A DNA stretch of 50,780 bases, taken from positions 1-50,780 of the IMG/VR virus record IMGVR_UViG_3300026097_000031; one strand, 5' to 3'. The stretch comes from a virus. Lineage: Duplodnaviria; Caudoviricetes. A program made the position numbers and the translations under genes. The notes under the pieces are model-generated. The model worked only from the letters and a program-made list of their open reading frames with translations, was not told where the DNA came from and did no database searches. The first letter of the stretch is position 1, and each line of letters opens with the position of its first letter. Shown here piece by piece: positions 9,059 to 20,100 of the stretch.

Positions 9059-10071
9059 ACCACCGAACCAGGATCGTTAGAAAGGAACCCAAGATCGCGG
9101 AGGAATTTCTGCCCCGTGTTCAACAAAGTGTTCTTCCCGTTAGTTGTGTTCTGCCACTCCGAAGACTGCCGAAGAGCAGTCTCAAACTCATACAACGTCA
9201 TCGCCTTAGGAGTGCCATCCTCCGCAACACCGTTCAACGCCTTCGAAATCCACGGATCATCCAGACTCACATCGCCCCGCTCCAGCACACGCCGCATAGC
9301 CGACGTGTACGGAGAGGCAAGTTCGTTCACCGAAATACCGGCCTTAATCTTCTCACCGAAAACAGGAAACCTTTGAGCAGCCTGATCCCGAATCGTCTGC
9401 TCCCAATAGTTCTTATCCGTGTTATTGAGGGCGATAGAGTCCGCGACCTGCTTGTACCAGCCGTCACTAAACTCAACCCCGTTATTGATCGCTAAAGAAC
9501 GCAGCGAATCCAACGTGTCATCGATAGCACCCGTCGTACCCTCGACCCCTCCCGGGGCGAGGAACGACACCACAGCCTCCTGCGACCGGTTCTTATAACC
9601 GCCATAAACCCAACGGCGAACCATTTCCTTACCGGCCTCAGTATCCAAACCAAGAGAATCAACCGGGATACCAAGGTTCACCGCAGAGTTCTTAATCTCC
9701 TGCCGGGCGTTCTCTAAAGAACGCTCCCACGGCTCCCCACCTTCCTGCTCCTGCTTATATGCGGCAAGGGCGGAAGCAGTCTCATAGCCCGCGTCACGTG
9801 CCCAGTTCTTAACCGCAACTTTAAATCTTTCCGCTGACCATTCCTGGCGGACCGCCTCTTCGAATAACTCCTGCAGTTTCGGATCCGAATCGATGACAGC
9901 GACCGTGTATCCGTATTCAGCGCGAGCCGCCTCAACGGTGAACGGATCCGCCATCGGATCATCAGGGTTCTTCTCGTTGTACTTACGGACCTCTTCCTCC
10001 GTCAACAACTCATCGTTGTTCGTGTCCGCCTCAGTCTTCTTCTTCGCCTCAGGCTTCTTGTCCTCAGCCAC
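9055..10071 (-). CDS. Internal virion (ejection) protein
   Basis: 338 aa, translationally coupled to its neighbours. Confidence 0.6.
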   Translation of the reverse strand: MAEDKKPEAKKKTEADTNNDELLTEEEVRKYNEKNPDDPMADPFTVEAARAEYGYTVAVIDSDPKLQELFEEAVRQEWSAERFKVAVKNWARDAGYETASALAAYKQEQEGGEPWERSLENARQEIKNSAVNLGIPVDSLGLDTEAGKEMVRRWVYGGYKNRSQEAVVSFLAPGGVEGTTGAIDDTLDSLRSLAINNGVEFSDGWYKQVADSIALNNTDKNYWEQTIRDQAAQRFPVFGEKIKAGISVNELASPYTSAMRRVLERGDVSLDDPWISKALNGVAEDGTPKAMTLYEFETALRQSSEWQNTTNGKNTLLNTGQKFLRDLGFLSNDPGSVV

Positions 10072-11162
10072 TAGTACTCCAACTCGTTAATGACCTGCTG
10101 GAACGCATCCATGTAGGTGGTGGCTGCCGCATACTCACCAGCACCCTCCTGGCTTGCAGCCCACTTCTCAGCGAACAAAGTCGAATCGAAACCGCCAGTC
10201 TGCTCACTCGTCGACGTAGTACCCGCCTGGGAGCGGACACCCTTCGTCACCGTCTCCACCGGGTTGAACCGTTCATTACGGTTCAACTGCTTCACAAACT
10301 CCTGGATCTCACGATCAGACGCACGACGACCAAGATACGAAGCAAGCGAATCGTTCAAGATTCGCTCCGCCGTTGAAGCGTTCGTCAAGTTCAGGCTCTT
10401 CGAAACGTTCGTGAAAGCCTGCGGGCCGACACCACCAGCACCATTCGTGGCACCGCTGCCGCCGTTGCTTTGCTTCACCAACTTCCGCAAAGCCTCCTGC
10501 ACGCTTTCACCCGTGACAGCCGCCATCTGCACCGCATCCCGGAACGCGCCACGAGCCATAGCAGGGGTCACCTGATCGGTTCCCATCATTGCTTTAGCGG
10601 CAGAGTACGAAAGTTCCTCCACGCCTTTACCGGCAACGTCACCGAACGGACCCATCGCTAGCAGGTCACCCTGCGAAACGAAATTGTTTAAACCACCAGG
10701 TGCATACGCGTCACCAGACCCGAAAATGTTTCCATCTTTGCCGCCCTGGAAACCTTCAACGGAAGCCTCAATCTTGACTTTCTGAGTGGGGTTGTACTGC
10801 CCTGGCAGGTATCCCCCGGACGAAGACTGATTAACACCCTGCGCTGCTTCATCTTCCGCAGACGCTTCGTTTAAAGCAACCTCTGCGTCATCCTCACTCA
10901 TCGAAGGCAAATTCTGGCTACTGTTACCGCCTTGACCGTCGCGTGGTGTCGGAGTTCCCTCCACACTATTCGGGTTCTCCTCCGGGCCGTTAGCACCCAT
11001 GAACCGGCCAGTTGGTTGCGGGGGACCATTAGGCACCCGCACCATCTCCACGGCACCAACCGGGATACGACTCCCATCAAGATTGTCAATAGTCGGATCC
11101 GTCGGAGAAGACTCGTAAGCCTTGTTCCCATTATTGGGATCAATGTAGTAAATGTCAGCCAT
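10071..11162 (-). CDS. Internal virion protein
   Basis: 363 aa; YLGRRASDREIQEF motif; coupled to its neighbours. Confidence 0.6.
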   Translation of the reverse strand: MADIYYIDPNNGNKAYESSPTDPTIDNLDGSRIPVGAVEMVRVPNGPPQPTGRFMGANGPEENPNSVEGTPTPRDGQGGNSSQNLPSMSEDDAEVALNEASAEDEAAQGVNQSSSGGYLPGQYNPTQKVKIEASVEGFQGGKDGNIFGSGDAYAPGGLNNFVSQGDLLAMGPFGDVAGKGVEELSYSAAKAMMGTDQVTPAMARGAFRDAVQMAAVTGESVQEALRKLVKQSNGGSGATNGAGGVGPQAFTNVSKSLNLTNASTAERILNDSLASYLGRRASDREIQEFVKQLNRNERFNPVETVTKGVRSQAGTTSTSEQTGGFDSTLFAEKWAASQEGAGEYAAATTYMDAFQQVINELEY

Positions 11163-14100
11163 TAGAAACCTCCACCAAATCCTCAGTCCTCAGGTACTTG
11201 TCACCGCTGAAGAACCGACGATGCATGTAACGGAAGTCATCATTAATGTCGCCAATGTTTGACACCCGCTGCTCAACCACTCGCTTCAAAGCAGCATTCG
11301 ACTTCGCATCAATATTCCCCGAACCACCATTAGCGGCAGCCTCTTCCAACTTCTCAACAACCCAATTCCGGATCGTCACGAACTCCTGAATCGCATACAC
11401 ATACTGCTGCTGACGATTCATCTCCGTATACGGAGTGTCCTCCGGAGGGCCATACTCACGCATGAAGTCCTCATCGTTCAACACCAGATACAAAGCGTTA
11501 ACGGAGTTAACCCACCGGCCACCATTAACTTCCTGGAACTCCGCATACCACGGCTGGAACTCCTCAGACTGCGCCATCTTCGCAACAATCTTCCGCTTAG
11601 CAAGATTGATCACATCAGTAGAAGAACCACGCTGCTCAGCCAAAGCCTCAATACGAGTCACCTCAGCGTTGTACTTCTTCCAACCCAACTCGATCCGCGA
11701 ATCCGTCTCCAGCAGGCTCTCCGCAGCACCACCACGGAAAGTACGACCACCCGACCCAGGGATCGGGCGGTCCATCTGCCACGCATACACATTCGGATCG
11801 AAACCCTCGCCCGTGTTGAAAGGCTTCAACACCATGTTTATGTACTTAGCGTCCGGGCCGATAGCAGCCAACTCACCAACCAGCGGCTCAAACTTCGTTG
11901 CCGCCTCATACTCACCAAGGTCAGCAGCCATACCAGACTGGTTGCCGCTCTTCGAACGCGTGTACCGGAAGAACTCCTTGCCATACCGCTCAATGAAAAC
12001 TGCTTCCATCTCATCCAGCGACCAGCCCTCATCGAAACCCTGCTGCTGAATGGAACGCCAACCATCAATATAGAACTGGTACTTCGACTGGAACTGTGGA
12101 CTGAACGGGGCTGTAGCCGAAACAAGACTGCGGAAAGTTTGGAACTGCATCGCATCCTGAACAGCGTCCTTATACTTCGGGGGATCACCAACCCTGTCGT
12201 TCAAATCCCAATCAGTCATGCGGGTGCGGTGAATCTCCGCAGCAGCAGAAGCCAACTGGGAACTCGACTCGCCACGAAACTGCGTGATAATGCGCTTCGC
12301 CCAAGCAGGCGCATACTGCTCCACGGCAGCATCAATCAGATCCTTCTCCCGCGTAGGCTGCCCGAACGGGACAGCCCGCGAAACCAAAACCTCACCCAAC
12401 GTCCCATCAGTAACAATGGTTTCCTCATCGTTACCAAGTTTGAACGTGAAATCACCATTCGACTGAATCATCGACGTGATGTCCGGCCGGATCGCCGCAA
12501 ACCACGACAACGGCACAGAAACCAAAGGCGACGAAGTAGGGATCAACGGGAACTCACCCTGCAGCATCATGTCCACAGAACCCTTAGGAATCTTGACCGT
12601 GGATTGAGGACCGATCACGTCCTCAAACCAACCAAGATCCTCCTCCGGCACCTGGAAGAAAATGCTCGACGCATTCGAAGAACCCAGTTTCCGAACCATC
12701 GCCAACGTCGGAGACGAAGGCCCCGACACCCGCTGATTATCATCATCAACAGTCCAACCAGCACGATCCGGAGCCGAATCAACCATCGCATACCGAACCA
12801 GATTCTCCGGCCGCGTCTTCGGAACCTGATACAGCCAGAACTTCGCGGCACTAGCCCAAGCCGGGAAGAACGGAAGAATCAACCGCATCGCGTTAGCGAA
12901 AGTCGACACACGTTGAATCGTGTACAAGTTATCCCGCAAAGTAATCAACGATTCCTCGCGAGCAACACGAGCCATGTCCTCCAGCATTTGAGGAGTAAAC
13001 TCCTCAAACCCCTGCTCCGCATAGTTGTCAACCTGCTGCTGCATGCTCTCCCGGAACCTATTACGGAAGAAAGGAGAACGAGCCAACTTATCCTCAGGTA
13101 GCGTGCCAATCACGCGCATGATCCCACCGATAGCACGCTTATATAGGCCCTTGTCGTACTCGACCGCGTTCCCCAGGAACGGCTGCAGGCCAGGTCGCGG
13201 ACCAATCCGCGACCGAAGCAAATCAGCAGTCACCACCTTGTTCGGGTCCAGCATCGCCTGCTGAACCAACTCGTCAGGGAAATACGTATCAAGAATGCTG
13301 CGACGGTCAGCGAGGATCGCGACCACATCGTCACGCATACCCTCCGTCAGAGTTTCCCTCGACACAAGATCCTTGAACTCTTCAAAGTCAGGAAGTTTCC
13401 GCAAAGCGGAACGGCCACGATCTGTCTCAAACAGTTCCTGAATGATCTCGTCGTCAGTCTTCCCTTTCAGGATCCCCTCACCGATCAGGTCGTTACTGAA
13501 GTGACGCTCACCGAAGTTAGCCAAACCATTCCAGTACTCATCCGTGTAAGGCTGCAGGACCATTTCCCGCTGCGTCATCTTCATGCCGCGACCAGTCATG
13601 TCCGCCAAACCGAACATGTCCGCAGCAACACGATCATTGCTGGAAATCAACTGTTTCCACAACGAAGCCTGCTCCCCGAAAGCAGAGGGGATCTCCACCT
13701 CGCTCTGCTCGAAATCGCCATTAGGAGTTTTCGTCGTGTACTTCAACTTCTCATTCAACTGGCCGCCACTCCAAATAGCGCCGCCAGTCTTCTTACGCTT
13801 CGTCATGCGATTGTTTAAACGCTCCAGCGCCTTATCAACATTCGCTTGACGTTCCGCAACCTGAGAGTCCAGGCTCCTAGCCTGCGACTCCAAATCCTGA
13901 ATCTTCGTGTTCGTCTCGATGTAGCGATCCGACTTCGCCAACATCACCTGAGCGGCACGATCAACCTCGTCCTGAGCCAACGCCGCACCATACGCGGCAC
14001 CAGCATCGCGAGTACCAATCAACTCCGACTGTGACAGTTTCTTACCATTAGGTAAAAGAACATAGTCGAAACCATCATTGGCCATCTGCACCGCGAGGCG

Positions 14101-17100
14101 GGCCTTAGCCGCCTCCGGAATGTCCATCCCCTCCATTACGCGAGGAGCAGTATTAACATCCAGGCCGGTACGTCGAGCGATCTCTAACGCGTCAGCGTTA
14201 ACGAGATCCAACACCGGACCGACCTCATTCGCTGGAGCCTTCGACGGCATCAACTGCGGAATAGACTCTTCCGTGATCTCCGTCGCAGCGCCAGGGCGGA
14301 AGAAAACTTCCGCCTCATTCGAATGACCCATAGCCACAATGTCCCCACGACGCACCACGTAGTAACGCATCGTGTCATCCTGACCATAACCCCGGCCCTG
14401 CCAGCGAGGATCCAGCGAACCATTCACGTACGGGGCACCCGAATCCGGTGTGCCCCGGCGGGCAATAACAACCTGCTCATCGAACCCAGCGTTCCTCAAC
14501 TGCGTCTGCAACGTTTGCTTATACGTATCATCAGTCGCAGCGAAAACGAGATAGTCACCTGGGAATTCGCTGTCCAATACCCAGCCATCCATGCTGGCCT
14601 TGATGTTCTCATCCAGGAGAACATCCAAGTCATCATCGATGACAGACGCGAACTCCCTCACGGCCTCATCCGTTTGGCTAGCGCCAAGACGCTCTACCGT
14701 CTCATCAATAGTGAACACGCCAGGCTGCAAAGCCTCCTGGTTCACTTCCTCAGCAGCCTCCGACATCCAACCCGGGTAATTCGCGTCGATGTTGTTTCCG
14801 CCGTTGTAAACCTTGTCCGTCGCCAACTGCATCGAGTAGCCGCGAGGCGCGGTGAAATCAGGAGTGATGACCTTGCCGTAGCCGTTCTCCCGGGCGAACT
14901 CCAAAGCCAGTTCCTTCGTGATACCGGAACCAGTAATGGTGCTGGGATCATCAATAGCGTTAACGAGCGTTGCTGCCGGACGGGACTCCATCGGCAAAAC
15001 ACCAGAACGCAAACCAATAGGCGTTGACAGGATTTCGTCACGGCCCAACTTGGCGGACATTTGACGATCAACAAAGTCCATGTTCCGCGTCGCAGAGGAC
15101 TGCTGAATATGCGTACCGAAACGCTTTTGATGTTCAGTTGCCTGGAACATCAATTGACGCATACGGTCATTGAAAAGATTCTGCAAGTTTTGGATGGAAT
15201 CCATCATGCCCATGTCTGCGCCAGCGTCCATCCGCCACGCATCCCAATAGCGGTACAGGCGGTCACCTAACGGGCCCCCCTGTTCCACTTCACGTACGAT
15301 CCTCGTGACCAGATCATTGGCTATCCTGTCACGCATAAGGTTGACGTAATCGTCGTAGTCGTATCCCCTCTGCTGCGCCACAGCGCGCAGCAGCCTCTCA
15401 TAACCATTGTCTCTAGCGCGTTCCAAAATTGAATCGAAAGCAACCCCAGGGACTTTCCAGTCAGCGATCTCACCATGAGCGCGGTAGATACCAGATGCGC
15501 CATTATCGAACTTCGCTAACACAACACGACCGTCGTCCAATGTTCTCAAAAACATATTCTCGCCAGCCGGGCCAAGAGCATCAAAGTTCATGATCAACGC
15601 GTCTTCCGCGATCATCGTGTGAAGAACCCGATCCAAATACTGCGCCTCTTTTTCCGTCAAACCACGTGCTAAAGCCTGACCCACCGACTCGTAGGAAGAC
15701 ATGTCCTCCATGTATGACCCGTAGGCGAAACGCCGATCCGGTGTTTCGTCCGCGAATTTCACCATCGTCGACGAGCGACGTACAGGAGCAATCGAGTAAT
15801 CCAAGTCAATGAACATCTCCAGGAAACCCTGCGCAGGATCGTCATAATCCTTCACATAGAAATCCTGCAACCCAGTCGTGTCAGTCCACACGCCAGAGTT
15901 ACGCCCATACGTGTAGCCACCCAGTTGACCCTGGACACGCTCATTCATTGTCGGGAAAACGCGAGGCTGCTGACCCGTTGGCGCTTTCCACGCGGCAGCA
16001 GTCGGCACCGGGAGAGCCGTATCCTCTTCACTTAACGTGACACGGTAAACAGGGACACTCTGACCCTTAGCCTCGTTCCACTCGTCTCCAGTTTTCGTGA
16101 GTCGTACACCACGAGGCAACACAATCTCTTGCTCATAGTTGTTGCCAATGAGACGGTCGAATGACGCGTACGGGACACCAGGGTCAACATCTAAAAAGTA
16201 TTTGTAGTCAGTACCGTCAACACCAATGAACGCAGGGTTCGTGCTTGTTGACAAGTAGGCTGGGGTTGGGCTGTCCTCCAGGGCCGGGAAACCACTCTCA
16301 CGGTAAACACGCATCGGTTTAGTTCCCGCTACAACATGCGTGTTCAACGTCACGTAGTCCATGCCGGTGATCAACGGAGCCGCGAAATCATTGGCATCTA
16401 TCGGCCTGCCATCCCACAAAGCACCATTAACGTTGTCGTAACCGGAAACCTGGTACTGGTTCATGCGGTAAATGGACTGGGCTAACATGTCGAAACTGTC
16501 CTCAGCGTCGAGTGGAACTAATGCGTTCACCATGTCACGGAACTCCGTGTCATCCATCAGATGACCCTTTTCCCGTAGCCAGTCCACATACTGCGGATCC
16601 GAAATGTCCGAAAGCCGCAACTCAACTTGCTTACGAACAACCGGATCCAGTTCCGCAGCCTTCATAGTGCGGGCAATATCAACAATCAACCGTGCAGGCG
16701 GATTCGCCTCCATGCGCACACCAGGCCGGTCAGTTAAATATGTTTCCATATCCAGCCACGCTGGGGCACCATCGAAGTATTGCCACTCATCCAAGCCAGT
16801 CTCTATCTGCGACATTGGATCAAACATGTACGGTTGAACACCGCTGGTGTTTTCGTTCCAGAAAGGATCAAAGTAGCGAGGGTTGAAAAACCTCGATCCC
16901 GACTCCTTAACTTCTCGCTGGAAGTTAATATGTCCATTCTTCAGATAGGACCTGGTCGCATCTTTATGCATACGAAGAAGGTCGAAAGAGGGGCGACCCC
17001 TATCGTTAAATTTCTTATCGAAAACATCGTCCGCTTTGCTGCTGCGCAGTCGAATAACAACAGGAACCATTTCGTCCGCGTTGTACTGCGCAGCGCCAAG

Positions 17101-20100
17101 CACGCGCCGCGCACCATCAGCCAAAACCATTCGACCGTCATAACCTGACGGATCACCGAACGCGTCAATAATGATCGGCGAAGTCCACTCCGACGCTGCT
17201 GCCCGGGAAAAATCAACAGGATCCACCGTGTCGACCGTGTTGTACAGAGTATCTTCGAAGATCTCTGCCAAATGCCCGGCTTTCACATAACCGATTGCGT
17301 CGTTGTACTTCCCGTACCCACCAAGCGGGTCCGTGATACGAGTCATCTTCGGGTAATCACGGACAGGTGAAAACGTGTAAACGTCAGAATACTGATACAG
17401 GCGCTGCCACAGTTCATCCCAGTAAACACTTGGATCCATATGCACCTGGTTCCAGTTGTCACCGAAACCACCAGGACGCAAATCAAGAGTGCCACCACCG
17501 ACCTGCATCCGTGCGCCACGGATGCTGTCAATAGCATTCTCCGGAATGATGTTGATCTCATTCAAGATCGTTTCCGGGTTGCCGCCCTTCAAATAGTTCT
17601 CATCGAACCACGCCATCGGATCATGCAGAACCTCATACTTGCCGTTCTGCGCATCAATAACCCGAACCGGGATACCAGCCTGGCCACGTGTCTGATCAAG
17701 CCACCGCGACAAAGCAGTCAACTGCAAGCGAGCCTGACCTGCTGGGCTACTGTCGAACTTGTTCAGGTCTTCCTGTGTCAGCCATCCACCGACACGGAAA
17801 TCATCACGGATCGTCTCATCAACGGTTTGCCGTTGAATCGACGCGAACATGTCATCAGCGGGAAGACCCCTAACCCAGCCCGCTTCCTCCAAACCCTGCA
17901 CCAAAGCAGGATCAATCAGGACCTCATCAACGTTGTCATAGAAATCACGTCGACGTTCAATCTTCCCCTCGATCCGTTGCCACACAACGGACTCACCAGG
18001 CTGCCTACGTTTCGCCTCCTCGCGAGCAACCTTGATCGCGGACAGGCGGCGAGCCTGCGCGATCATCGCCTCACTCTTCGCCTTCTCCTCAGCGATCTTC
18101 TCCTTAACCTGGCTGCTCAACCGAATCCGGTCAGCCAAAGCAGAAGACTCAGCGTCCAAAGACTCACGCAACGCACGCATCGTGCCCTTCGTTCCATAAC
18201 GCATAGGGCCATGCACAACGAAGTTCTTCACGTTACTCAACCGGTCGGCAGCGTTCGAAGCGAGATTCACCCACTTCATGTCATTCGCTGAAGCGACACC
18301 GCGAGCGTTCTTGTAACCGGGGAACTGCGACGCATACGCCATCTCACGCAAGTTCGACTCAGCAACGTTACGCAGCGTGTAACCCAAACGCATCAAAACC
18401 AGAGGACGCCAAATCACGTCAATCGTGTTCAAGATACTTGTCGCACTCATGCCAACGTTCGACGCGGCACCCGACAAGCCACCCTTGTTGATGCGGAAAG
18501 CCTGATCGATGAAACGGAAATCAAGCAGAGGCTTACCCTCAGCGAGATCAGACTGGAACTTCGTTCCCTTCAGTTTCTCCTGAAGGTCCTTCACCACATG
18601 GATCTCGTTACTGGGTTGATCCCAATACCAGCCCCGGTCGCGGATCTGATCCGCGATCCGGTTACGCATCCGGTTCACACCCATCAGCACGTTCTCAGCC
18701 TGACTGAAATTCAAGCCATAAAACTCAGCCATCTCCATGAACATTTGCTTTTCGAAATCATCGAAAGCAGCCCAACGGGAAACCTCATCAGGTGCCGAAA
18801 GGACACGGTTGTAGAAACGATCACGGAACTGCACAGCGGTCTCCAACCGCTGCTGCTTCACCCACGCATCAAACTCGCCACTCGCAACGAACTCATCCCA
18901 CCGCTCCGGCGACATCGAATCGCGTTTCTCATTAATGGCACGCTTCGCCGAAGGCATCCAATCGCCAGCAACAGGATCAATCAAAGCATCATCAGCGACA
19001 CTCGTGGGACGGCGAGACAACTTCCGCAACAGAGGATTAGTTGTTAAAGCCGACTCCATCTCAATAAGCGACTCACGAGCGTTACGCACCTCAGCCCAGC
19101 CACGGATCCGCTTCGTACGCATGTACGAAGCGCCACCCCTAAACACGCGGATAGTGCGGCCCCACGTGCCGCCAGCCTGATACGCCTTCGAAGTCCACAA
19201 GTTCTCACCCGTGATCCGCTCATAGCGGGCACGAGCCTTACGTGACTGAGACTGGACACGAGAAGTGCCCATACTGCCGTACTTACCAACATTCAACTTA
19301 GAGATACGGACAGCACCGCGACCGCTCGCCACACCAGTAGTGAAATCCACCGCTGTACGGATCGGATCGAAAGGCTCCAGAATGTCCTGCGCCTCATCGA
19401 CCACCTTCTGCAACTGGTCATTCTGAGCGTTCAAACGCTGCAACCAGTTATCAAAATATGGGGTTAAACCACCAGGAGTGTTCGGGGAAGTGATCGACTT
19501 GCGGCGTTGAACCTCTTCGATCTCCGACAGCAACTCTGCCCGTCGAGACTGCGCATACGTCAACGCGTCAAGGGCCGTGAAGTTCTTCCCACCAATGTCG
19601 AGAGTTTGCTCATCCATACGGGCAGCGATCCGGCCGATAGCGTCCTGATCGCCACCAAGAGCCATCAAAGAATCAAACGCCTCATCAGCAGTTTTAGTGG
19701 AACCAAGAATGTCAGCGACCAAAGCCGGGTTCGAAGAATCCAATGCGATCTCATGCTGAGCCATGTACGTTTTCGGAGTGGCAGCGATCTCCATCGACAA
19801 GTCATAAATAGCGGTACGTCGCCCAGCCTCACCAGCAGTCTCCGCGAACGACTTACCCAACTCGAACTGGGCACGGGCCTTCGTCCGATCCTTCAAAGAA
19901 GTCATCCACACCGTGGTCAACTTCTGGGCACCCTTACCGGCGACCTTGAAAGCAAGCACCTCAGGTGCCAGCCACCACGCCACGGCAGCATCCAAACCAC
20001 CAGAAATCCAGCGGCCCCAACCTTGATCGGTTGCGGACTCCAACTGGCGCATGTCGCTAATATCGAACTCTGATGACAAACCAATGTTCGCGGAATACAT

